IMG/VR virus record: IMGVR_UViG_3300045988_039227 | Span: 32,001-96,000 of that record | Source: a virus | DNA length: 64,000 nt | Direction: 5' to 3' (one strand) | In this document: positions 26,701-36,853 of the stretch, one piece after another | Position numbering within the stretch: position 1 is the stretch's first letter | How the letters are laid out: every line of letters starts with the position of its first letter | The notes under the pieces: generated by a model | The model's input: only the letters and a program-made list of their open reading frames with translations | The model's database searches: none | Told to the model about the DNA's origin: nothing | Translations under genes and position numbers: made by a program

Positions 26701-28441
26701 TCATGAACTATATTCCTAGATTTCTGATAACTAGTTCATAACGTTTACCATTAACAATAGTATTTGATGACATCAACTAAAAGCCTTCTTCTGTAACATT
26801 TGGAGTTCTTATATCAGCGATCCATTTAACTGGGGATGCTTGGCAATATTTATCATACAAAACAATTCCATAACGATAAATCTCGTTTCGTCTAAGTGAC
26901 TTTATTAACCATGTGTTGTTATTTATTCCTGGATCAAATTCTGCTTTCTCTATTTCAGATGGTTTAAAATCTTTATCTATGTAAAAGACGTTGTTCTACT
27001 TTACGTTTTCTTTTTGAGAATAATTGTACAATGTTCCTATTTTTCTTGTATTATTCTCTTTTACGCAGGAGTCTTCAACCTAAGGGCTTATAACAAATCT
27101 CCATTCTATGTTTTTACCAGATCCACCTACCCATCTATATTTTGAATCGAATACAAAATTAGCAGAATATAATGAAGCTTCTTTATTTATGTTATTATAA
27201 GTATCATCATAACAATCGTGATCAAATGGAGGAACGGCAACGGAGTCACTTTCTATGTCGTATTTGTGCGCATCTATTGTAAATGTGTCATTACCATTAA
27301 CATCTGTTACGATACTTTTGTTTTCGTAATTGAACCTAAATGCTCTCGCGTCCCATTTATCGAAATCCTTAATAGTAGTCTGTATTGTCTTTGTGTTTGC
27401 AGCAAACAGGAAACCATCTTTAGACGCTAATGAGTTAGGTATTATTCTAACACCTTGTAATGAATTTAACTCTTCGACACTGATCTATTCTATTGGATCA
27501 TTGCCAACGTCGTTTATTATTAATTCCGAAGAATTATATTCATCAAAATTTATTTTAGCATCGTATATCACAGATACTATTGGCATCTATCCGTTTTGTG
27601 TATACTGTACCCTAAATACTTTGATGTAATCAAGGTGCCAATAATCGCTAGGAATTTGTATAGATATCTTTACTCCACAATTTGATTGCGCGCCCTATTT
27701 GCCACCGCACTTTACATATTTGCTATCGAAGTCATAATTACCAATTGGTATTTGCTGACATTGTATAGATGCTCCCGTATGTATTCCGTACCTATTGTAT
27801 AACTGGTAACAATAGCTTACAACACCAAACTCTATCTTTCCTGGCACATACTCTTCAAATACTGGCGGTTTACAAACCGCTTCTGGATAAGATAAACATT
27901 TGTTAAGATCACTGTATATTAAAGGATCATCTCTATTTATATTAAAAACCATTATCGGATGCTTAGAGTCAGCCAAGTATAGCTTGATATTATTTTCGCT
28001 CTCATAATTAAGCTAAATATCAAACACATCTGGATACTTCTCTCCTTTATCTAAAGGTAATAATTCTGCATCTACAACAAGTTTACTCTTCTATATATCG
28101 TTGAAGTCCTGGTCGTGCACTGTTCCACCTATCGCATTTTTAAAACTATAGACCTTAAGTCTGTTTTCATTTTCATCAACGCAAACAACTACTCCATAAT
28201 CTCTTATTGAACCAGTAGCAACAACTTTGTTACCCTCACCAGCAAGTAATCCAGCTAGCTTTACACCCTAGACTGGCATTAATGATCCATGTCTATTATC
28301 TCTACCTTCTCCACCTCTGTATGATGATATTTTTATATTTCTAGCATCAATATACTAGTTTGTAGCAACAACAGAGAGATCATCATCACTATTTAATCCT
28401 CCTGCGAAACTATTAATTTGTGGTTCAGTATTAGTATCCAT
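23729..28441 (-). CDS. Very large tail-complex structural protein, 1,570 aa. Its size and position resemble the ring/muzzle-class proteins of crAss-like phages; this is unverified.
   Basis: ATG at 28441-28439, TAA stop at 23731-23729. Track fragments 27695..27976, 26471..26704, 25832..26434 and 24395..24742 are in one frame and all end in TAG. All gaps read: ~38 TAG, no TAA/TGA. Confidence 0.75.
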
Positions 28442-29249
28442 AGCAATAATCGTTAAAGTTTAACTATTTCTTTCCGGTGTTATTGAAGAAGTTCTCATCA
28501 TCATCCCATTCTGGTATAAGCTTAGTCCACTCATTCTTAATAGTGAGCATCTCACTTTCGTTTGGCATCATTGCCTCAGCGTAAGCCTGGTTTCTATAGA
28601 AATTCCACTGCTGCTATATATAGAAGTATGTGTTCTAATTGTATCTAGCTTTTCCTCCAAGTGATCCTCTAAGGAATTTTGGGAAGCTTAACTTCATCAT
28701 TACGTACCAGTATATAGCTTCCTAATATGAAGCTAAGTCTGGAATAAGTGGGTAACCCCTTTCATCTGTAGCTATTGCCTTGTATGACAATTTAACAAAG
28801 CCTTTGTCTTTATTAAAGACTATCCAACCTGGTTTAATCCAGTATGTAGGAACATCTATTTTCTTGTCTCTAATAGCATCCATCAGCGCAGTGCTACCAT
28901 TGATGCCAAGAAGCTATGATCTATGCGTAATCAACGGTACGCCAGCAGGCTACTCTGGATGATGGTGATGCATAGGTTTTGTATCAGCCTTAGACTTAAA
29001 TGAGCTCTCATCTTTTAGTGCCTATACCCAATTTGTTCCATTGTTTGAATAGGCTACAGTTGTCAATGATTCTAAGTCTTCTGGTATTGGAACTTGATGT
29101 TCGTGTATTTCAAATATTGGAACGCAATCTTCACCAGACTCCTTCTATACATACTATACAGGGGCACCAATTTTTTCAACAGCTTCAAAGATCCATTCTC
29201 GTATATCTGTAATACGCATGTTCTTTTCTTGCATGTTTGAGTCAGCCAT
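28431..29249 (-). CDS. Hypothetical structural protein, 272 aa
   Basis: ATG at 29249-29247, TAA stop at 28433-28431. 9 in-frame TAG and no TAA/TGA (all codons read). The last TAG (28464-28466) lies 11 codons before the TAA, and the tail overlaps the next gene by 11 nt. Confidence 0.65.
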
Positions 29250-29268
29250 AATTTTAGCTATAACTGAC

Positions 29269-29739
29269 TCACATTTTGTATACTTGTATATCATCTATAT
29301 TTATATAATCTTGTTTATTAAATATAAGTTGAGCAAGGTGCCTTTTGTTTTCCCTAACCATACATAGCTAGTATTTATATCTATCAGAAAACATCCTGGG
29401 TATTTTTGACCAATATAATCTATATTTATATCCATTAGAGTGCTCGTTTAAATGATAAACCCTTTTGCCTACTTCTTTAGTTGATTTGTAATCTGTAGAC
29501 AATGACTAACTAGAGTAGCTCTTTGGTTTATATTTTACTATGCATACAGTGCCTAGCCCATAAGGCATTTTAAAGGGCTGTGAGCGCTCTAAAATTTCTT
29601 CCTTGACAACTTTATTAAATTCGTCTATAATGCGCTTATATCGCGCGTAATTAAGCTCTACATCGTTCTTTTTAATGTAGTCTCTATATATATCAGCTAT
29701 TGTGTAGCTTTTCTTATTCTTCCTTATCTTGAGGACCAT
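29269..29739 (-). CDS. Small basic protein, 156 aa; possibly HU/IHF-like DNA-binding (weak)
   Basis: ATG at 29739-29737, TGA stop at 29271-29269, 2 in-frame TAG (29506, 29368). The pattern ILERSQPFKMPYGLGTVCIVKYKPK loosely resembles HU-fold proteins annotated in crAss structural modules (recollection). Confidence 0.5.
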
Positions 29740-30406
29740 TTGGTTTAACGCTTGCTAATGTTGAATTATTGCTATCGTCACTAGGTCTTTTTAACATAAA
29801 TGCCAATTCGTTGGTCATGATAGCTCTTTTTATGTCAGGTATCATCCACCCAGGTATTATTACATCATCTTCACTATCAGCCGTTTGCGTTGGATCAAAT
29901 ATTCCTGTAACGTATATATATTTAAAATTTTCCACACCATCACCATCAACATATATATACTAGTCGTCAAACCAACATATTGGCTCGTTGTATGTATATC
30001 TCCTAAAGTTATGATAATGTTTTCTAGACTTATTCATGATCTAGATAACACAACCGCTAATATCTGCAACATTAACTATGTCGTCGCTACTATCTTCCAT
30101 TGTGTACAATTTCTTTTTTGTTCTCTTCCTTGTACTACAATGACAGCAACAAGAGTCCTCTGATCCAGGAGTTGGATCGTCTATAAGCTCAAGTGGTCCA
30201 ATGGTTGATAGCTAACTATCATCTGGATCTTCATCATCTCCAGTTTCAGAATCTTTATCATTCTACTTCTTGGACAAATAGGCCTTATACTACATTATCC
30301 AAGATAAGATCTAATCCCTAGACATATCCTCGCTCTCGCTTATGTTATTATTTCGTACAATAAGAAGTATGTCATCTATCAATGTACGAGCTGAGAATGT
30401 TTTCAT
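29714..30406 (-). CDS. Hypothetical structural protein, 230 aa, with an acidic linker and a CCCHC cluster
   Basis: ATG at 30406-30404 overlaps the TGA of the upstream gene (ATGA); TAA stop at 29716-29714. 6 in-frame TAG, no TAA/TGA. Confidence 0.65.
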
Positions 30407-31068
30407 ATTGCTTCTATTATTCTTATACTATCTTCTTTAAGTATATCATTTGTATTATGTATCTTATATTTATACACATCTTTCTTTTTCCAGTCAAATG
30501 TTATTAATCTCTTAAAGAAGTTCTTTTTGTTCTTATATTCTCTATGCTTATAAATGTAGAGGTACTAAGTATTCTATACATCTAGCTTAATATTAACACT
30601 ATCTTTACCGATTGTATAGTATACTTTAGTTAGGTTGTTATACTGTAAACTATCTCTGTAAACAGAGTCTTTAAGTATAGTTATAATATTACCCCCTACC
30701 CCCTTACTTTTATTAACGTTTATAATCTACTTCTAAGTTGCTGCTACCTAAATTTCTTTACTCTTTAGCTTCTCTACTTTGCGTACAGAGTCCAACTACT
30801 ATACAAGCTTATCATTATAATCTTTAAGCTTTTTCATGTCTAGCCTTAAAACACCAGAAGCCTACTAGGCACCATTTAAGGCATCCTAATAGGCTTCGAT
30901 GTTATTATTAGCCATTTTAAGCTCCTCTGAGAGCCTATTAGCTTTGTTGTGGTAGAATATACCAGACGCTAAACAAAAGGCTATTAGAAGCCCAGCAATG
31001 GCGTTAAGCAGCGTTTTGTAGTTGTTCTTTATCTTGTTTAATATCTACTACATCAGCATTGCTTTCAT
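30403..31068 (-). CDS. Spanin-like protein, 221 aa (N-terminal TM helix followed by coiled coil)
   Basis: First in-frame ATG at 31068-31066; alternatives at 31059 and 31053. TGA stop at 30405-30403. Has the TM-like segment LLNAIAGLLIAFCLASGIFY followed by heptad-like charged sequence. 12 in-frame TAG, including three TAG-TAG pairs. It sits last in the lysis cassette. Confidence 0.5.
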
Positions 31069-31309
31069 TATTGTTCAAATATTCTTTTAAATATGTTTTT
31101 ATCTCACCAAACTTACCTTGTATATAAATAGATACTCCATAGATACTAGCTGAATAAACTAATGTTTGGGCTACAAACCCTAGTACACCTGTGGAGATTT
31201 CACCCTACTATAAATACTGTACCCAGGTGAGAACCTAACCGCTCAAGAACGCGAGACATGCGGTTGAATACTAAATTTTCTCGCGCCATGTTCCTGTTAC
31301 TTTGCTCAT
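31004..31309 (-). CDS. Holin-like small membrane protein, 101 aa (two hydrophobic helices)
   Basis: ATG at 31309-31307 overlaps the TGA of the endolysin-like gene (ATGA); TAA stop at 31006-31004. 4 in-frame TAG, including the TAG-TAG pair at 31205..31210. Hydrophobic segments: YSTACLAFLSG-TAG-VLTWVQYL and ISTGVLGFVAQTLVYSASIYGVSIYI. Confidence 0.5.
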
Positions 31310-31731
31310 TTTATCTCAATAGTTACCTTTCCTTTAGCACAAGCATCCTTTATAATTGGATAGAACTTGTTTATGGTAGCTCTTGAGTTAAGGACCATTC
31401 CAACTTTCTTATTTTCCCCAAGCAGCAAACAACCGGCCGTATCTTCATGTGTTGAGCCAGCGTGTATACGAATACCTTCAAATGATGGTACATTCATCAG
31501 TTGAGGAGTATACTTCTTAAATCTAGGCGAATAGGTCCACTTAATCTCATAAGTTCCGTAAGGTATTGCTGTTTTGGCATATACCTTTTTCTCTCCGTTA
31601 TCAAATTTACCGTTCTTATTAAGATCTCTAACTGTATCTTCAAGTGTGTCGCAAAAATAATTACCATCAATATATAATCGTCCGATGGTATACGTAGAGC
31701 GTAAGGCTATTCTTTTAAGTGTTAATTTCAT
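31306..31731 (-). CDS. Putative endolysin / cell-wall hydrolase, 141 aa (His...Cys motif)
   Basis: Intact track ORF with no TAG; TGA stop. The motif GIRIHAGSTHEDTAGCLLLG is reminiscent of YkuD/L,D-peptidase-like catalytic His-Cys pairs (recollection). It sits immediately upstream of the holin-like and spanin-like genes. Confidence 0.45.
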   Translation of the reverse strand: MKLTLKRIALRSTYTIGRLYIDGNYFCDTLEDTVRDLNKNGKFDNGEKKVYAKTAIPYGTYEIKWTYSPRFKKYTPQLMNVPSFEGIRIHAGSTHEDTAGCLLLGENKKVGMVLNSRATINKFYPIIKDACAKGKVTIEIK

Positions 31732-33719
31732 TAATAATTAAGCGTATAGGGGCATACGAGTACACCGTTGTCAATATGTATTAAACGCACATGTATATTA
31801 TATTGCAGGTTAAAGCTATCTATAGACGTAAGCTTAGGGCCACCCTAAGTTGTTTTCATCACTTTAAATAAATTTTTGTAGTCTCCTGAAGATAATTTTC
31901 CTCCCATCAAACCACATGGATACATGTCTAAGACATTTCCTATAGAACTATAATCGTACCAATCGGAAATACTATAATTACCTGATGTATCTAATAAAAC
32001 AATCTACTGAGCACTTGTAAAGTTAATACTAAACCCATTAGCGCTACCTGGATATACAGAGCCCTTTTTAGACGAAAGACAGTCGGATGTAAGGGCAAAT
32101 GTACCAGATTTAGAAGGAAAATCAATATGATGACTAGCACTATCAGGCATACCAATATCTATTCCGTTATATCCGTATTTAGCACTGTGGTCGTCATTAT
32201 CTACCACAAGAAGGCTATCTATAGAATTATCATAACTCTAAGATAATCCATTTATATGTGCATAAGCAATACCGTTGTTATCAACACAAATTGGCCACTA
32301 AGTTCCAGTTGCCTTAGTAGTAACCTTAATGCCTCCTAAAGTAGTAGTTGAAGCTACAGGTAAAGTATATTTGTTAGCACCTTCTTCTATTCCATCAAGT
32401 TTACCCTTGTCCTTTTTGCTCATAAAGCCATCTGTACCGTTAGAGACATTCTCTATTGTTATCCATTCATCTTCACCGTTAGCCTTAATTACCCTTAGTG
32501 CCTGTGTAACTTTCGCTGAAGTTTGTGTCTAACCTACCTTCTGAATATAAATATTACTTACCGTCTCATCTTTCTATGAATAAGAAGATAAATCGCTAGA
32601 ATTAGCTTTGCTATCAATTAGTCCTTTTAATACTTTTCCTTGAGCTGCGCTTAAACTATCAGATGTAGAGTTACTTGTTAGATTATTCTGAATACCACGC
32701 CAGGTATTTGTATCCGTGTATTTATCTTGTGTCCATGCGCTCCAAGTTCCATTTAAACAAGTGCGTCTGTATGTATCTTTTGAATCAGTAGTTAAAATCT
32801 AGGTATAATAACTTCCTGATGCATTGTGCGTTACAATAAGTCCGATAGCATTTACTCCACTTGGTTTATTTAAAACATTATTAGAACCTCCGCAGTTATA
32901 AAATCCGGGAGCAATAATCTTATTTAAATCCGCATTTGCATCTAAGGTGATATTCACTGCTTTTGCTGCTAATTTAGAATTAATCTCAGACTCTGTATAA
33001 TACCGATCATCGTGTGTATGTGAAGATGGTGTAAACGAACTAGGCTTTCCAGTAACTTCTCCCCATGAAGGCCATCTCGTAGCTGTAGATGGCGCACCTG
33101 TAACCTAAGACCAAGTATGAGTATGACTAGAGTTAGCCTTACCATCAACTAATCCTTTCAGTACCTTGCCCTAGTTTGCGCTAAGTGAATCTGATGTACT
33201 AGTTGATGTTAAGTTATCTTGTATACCTCTCCATGTATTGGTGTCTGTAAATTTAGCTCCTGATGGTACATCAGTATTAACTGTGTGCCCATTAACTTTG
33301 GATGCATTAGATGCTGTAGAAGCGTTGCCCTCAAGTGCTCCTTTAAACTTAGCAGCTGCAACAATTCCAGGAAAAGATGTATTTCCATTAGCGTCTAGCA
33401 AAGTAGCAGTACGCTTAATAGTTGCGAACACGCCTATATACTATCTTACATATATTGGTTCGGTTGCATTTTCAGCAGTAGCTATCTCCATAAAGCCAGC
33501 GCTTTCCGCAGTCGCTCCTCCTCCTATTCTCCAAAAATCGTTCCCGCCACAAGTGCCCTTTATCTGTCGAAATGTTGTTCCGCTATCGCTGAACAACAAA
33601 TCGCCTGTTAAGGTTCCACCAGATAAAGGTAGGTAATTATGTGAATGATTTTTTAATGCAAATTTAGTTTTGCATATGGACCATAATAAGCCTACGCCTG
33701 TTTTATCGAGAAAATTCAT
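31731..33719 (-). CDS. Tail fibre protein, 662 aa, with an internal 41-aa repeat
   Basis: ATG at 33719-33717 overlaps the TAA of the upstream fibre gene (TAATG). The TAA stop at 31733-31731 overlaps the endolysin ATG (TAATG). Fragments 33441..33719, 33171..33431 and 32004..32207 are in one frame. 10 TAG, no TAA/TGA. The N-terminus MNFLDKTGVGLLW and the motif NKYTLPVASTTTLGGIKV are typical of fibres. Confidence 0.75.
32595..32717 (-). repeat. Intragenic repeat copy 2 (TDTNTWRGIQNNLTSNSTSDSLSAA-CAA-GKVLKGLIDSKANSS)
   Basis: Second copy of the 41-codon unit. CAA (Gln) at 32640..32642 occupies the column held by TAG (33171..33173) in copy 1. Confidence 0.7.
33126..33248 (-). repeat. Intragenic repeat copy 1 (TDTNTWRGIQDNLTSTSTSDSLSAN-TAG-GKVLKGLVDGKANSS)
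   Basis: A 41-codon unit that aligns residue for residue with 32595..32717. It is diverged at the DNA level. Confidence 0.7.
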
Positions 33720-34417
33720 TAAACTAGCAATGCTTTAAGGTCTGCATCAGATATAGCAGCAATACCATCAAGTTTAGCCTTGTCGCCAGCAGACATAAGA
33801 CCATTAGATGATGATGTAGCTAAACCATATGTAGTGTTATGGTCGGTCCATGGAACATTAACATACATCTGGTTATCGCTTAACTGTACAGCATAATTTC
33901 TATTAGCAGAGTTTGTTGCAAATCCAATCTTTACACCACCAAGTGCAGATGTAGTAGCTGCCGGAAGTGTATATTTGTTTGCTCCGGTCGCAATTCCTGC
34001 AAGTTTATTTTTCTCAGCTGTAGTATAATCATTAGTAGATAAACCCATTCCAGATACCTTATCTACTTTTGTGCCAAGCTTATTGTTTACATATTCTGTT
34101 TTTGCATAAGGCGCCAAGTCTACAGAACTTCTAAAGTCACCAAGTTTTTCCCATTTACCACCTACATACATATACTCTGAATAAGAGTTGTTTTCTATCG
34201 CAGAGTCTTTAACTAAATAAATCTTAGTTGTATCAATATTTTCTGTAGGAAGTGTTGTAACTACCTTGTAAAGAGACAGGTCAATCTAAATATTGCCTGC
34301 ACCCTTTACACTTGTGCCGTTAATTGTTTTAAACTACTAAGCGTCTATAGAAGATTTTACATGTTTTTTAACGGAGCCCCAAAGGGTTGCGACTCCGGTA
34401 GTATCAAGAAATTCCAT
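33719..34417 (-). CDS. Tail fibre protein, 232 aa
   Basis: ATG at 34417-34415, TAA stop at 33721-33719. 3 TAG, including a TAG-TAG pair at 34334..34339. The N-terminus MEFLDTTGVATLW and the motif NKYTLPAATTSALGGVKIG are shared with the neighbouring fibre genes. Confidence 0.7.
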
Positions 34418-34419
34418 AA

Positions 34420-34668
34420 TTATTTCGATTTGTATAAAGCCTTAGCCGTAATAGTATATGGTGTTGTATCATCCATATCTTTTCTAATGTATTTAGAATC
34501 ATTAATAGAGGCTGTAGGCAAACTGTTAATTGTTGTTTGTAATTGTGTTATAGTAGTCTAAAGATTATTAACCAACTACTGTAATGTGTTTATTTCGCTC
34601 TATGTTGCGAATTTCCCTTTAATCTTAGACCACAATACCTCAACACCAGTTTTATCAAGTATTTCCAT
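34420..34668 (-). CDS. Short fibre-family protein, 82 aa (N-terminal anchor module only)
   Basis: ATG at 34668-34666, TAA stop at 34422-34420, 3 in-frame TAG. The N-terminus MEILDKTGVEVLWSKIK is paralogous to the three neighbouring fibre genes. Confidence 0.55.
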
Positions 34669-34669
34669 A

Positions 34670-36535
34670 TTAAGTTAAGATTAAATTAAGTGTGTCAGAA
34701 CTGATAGGGGTAGCTACTGTGCCATCAGCTAGCAATATCTATTCACTAGTACCACCTGTCTTTATATACTTAGGTGATGTTAAATCGCCCGTAAGTGTAC
34801 CACCGGTCAAACGGAGATACTTATTAGCATCAGCTTTAAGATTAAGTGCATTCTGTGTGGCAGTAGAGATAGGTTTATTGATATCTGATGTATTATCAAC
34901 ATTATCAAGACCTACCTAAGCCTTAGTAACCTTATGAGGATTTTCGTAATTAGAAGTATGCTTGCTAAGGTTTGATGTAATTGTAGCTTCAGCCTACTTA
35001 GCACGCTGTATTTCGGCATTTAAAGCCGCTGTAGAGCCCTATTCAGACTGAGTTATACTATTCTTGATCTCTGTATCAGCAGCCTCTCTAGCAGCCTTCT
35101 CTGCGTTTACAGCTGTATTAATAGCATTCTATACACCTGTAATCTTTACGCCAGTAGAAGATACTGATAAGAAGTTTTCTGACAGAGGATCTATTTTAAC
35201 GTAAACCTTATGATTTTTTACTTCTAAACCATCAGAGAATTCAGTTTCCTCAAGGAATTTAGAATAATCAAGTTTAGCCAATTTGTAAGTACCATCAGCA
35301 AGGATGTATGATATACATAAGGCTGTAGATCCTACAGGATTACCAGCTTGAATTGTTCCATCATCTTTAAGCGTAGCATTCATATCAAGGACTTCAATAT
35401 CCTTGATAGACTAGTCTTTGGCGATATCGATTGTAACGCCTTTAGCTTCTCCGTTAACCTACAGCTGATATGATACTGCTGTAGATGAATCATTAGGAGT
35501 TACTTTTACTATTGTAGCACTACCAACCTTAGCTTCGAGGGCCTATTCTGCAGCTTTAGCTCTATCTGATTCAGCTTTAATAGCTTCTTTTCTATCTGAT
35601 ATTTCAGAATTTAAGTTATCTGTAAGAGTACCCTCTGCAGCTATGGCTCTATTCTATTCTGCTGTAATTCTATCTGAAAGACCATTCTCAGCAGTAGTAG
35701 CCCTACTTACTTCTGTAGCAATACTAGCTGAAAGCTTAGATTCTTCAGACTTAGCTCTACTAACCTCTGTATTCAACAATGTCTTAATAGCATCGTCTGC
35801 ATCTGATCTATTTTTAGCCTCCTACTATTCAGCTGCCTTTGCTCTGTCAATCTCGTTACTAAGGTTATTAGAAATAACCCTCTCAGCGCTTTCGGCTCTA
35901 GTCTATTCCTATTCAACCTTAGCTCTAATAAGATTATCTTCACTCTATCTTTCAGCTTTCTCATTAGCGTCGGCAGACTCTCTAGCTAACTTCTCTTTGT
36001 TATCAGCATCTTGTCTAGCTACTGTTTCAGCATTAATACTAGCAGTAAGAGATTCATCACCAGCTACTCTATTGTTAATTTCGTTAACAATATCATTGGT
36101 ATTCTTCTCTATCAGAATTCTGTTATCTTTTTCAGAGGCTTCTGCTCTATTCTTTTCTGCTGCTATAGTAGCTCTAATATCAGCCTCTTCAAACTTGGCC
36201 CTATCTATTTCAGCATAAAGACTATCAGCAAGCTATTTTCCCTTATCTCCAGGATAAGCTGTATTTGGCGTTTCGCCCAAAGCGATAGACTAACCTATCT
36301 CTACATATGTAGAACCACTCCATCTATATGTCAGATTAGTGTCTGTCGCTACATATATTTTACCTTCTTCGCCCTACTTAGGAAACGAAGATAAACTTCC
36401 GTATTCTTCAACATCATCAACATAAGAAGGTAACTATGAAGCAGGAACTTTACCATTATTGCTAAGATTAGCAAAGTTGCGTTTAATTCTACCCCAAAGG
36501 TATTCAACGCCATATTGATCTAAATATTGTTTCAT
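34670..36535 (-). CDS. Coiled-coil tail fibre protein, 621 aa
   Basis: ATG at 36535-36533, TAA stop at 34672-34670. All codons read: ~18 TAG, no TAA/TGA. N-terminus MKQYLDQYGVEYLWGRIK. A long Ala/Glu/Arg-rich heptad region (DRAKAAE-type) explains the antisense ORF 35643..36218. Confidence 0.75.
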
Positions 36536-36536
36536 A

Positions 36537-36806
36537 TTACTCTATTACTAAGATTTGTGAAAGAATACTCAAAGGAATGCCTTCGTTATCATTGATGTTA
36601 TCAATTCTAGTATTTATATTGTATACGTTATCTGTAAGTACATCGACTTTATTCTTAAAATACTAGTTAATATCATTCTGGCGACCAGTGTTTACATACT
36701 TAAGCATTCCATCATCGTATAACTAAAGGGCATCTGCTATGATGCCCTCAGTTGATACGCTTACTATTTTACCATTAATCTATAAATCTTCGTTATTTGG
36801 TTCCAT
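36537..36806 (-). CDS. Short fibre-associated protein, 89 aa (second N-terminal anchor family)
   Basis: ATG at 36806-36804, TAA stop at 36539-36537, 3 TAG. MEPNNEDL-TAG-INGKIVSVSTEGIIADAL is paralogous to the N-terminus of the 41317..42120 gene. Confidence 0.55.
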
Positions 36807-36853
36807 GGTGTATTATTTTATAATCACGATAATACTTTCTCTTATGTTTAAAA

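Noticed and set aside
29250-29294. An alternative upstream ATG at 29294 for gene 28431..29249.
   Set aside because: It would overlap the 3' end of gene 29269..29739 by 26 nt. The 29249 start lies just downstream of that gene's TGA. This remains ambiguous.
32595-33248. The fibre-gene repeat could be a diversity-generating retroelement TR/VR pair.
   Set aside because: The copies differ at many synonymous positions and at all base types, not only at adenines. Both copies are coding, and there is no reverse transcriptase in the window.
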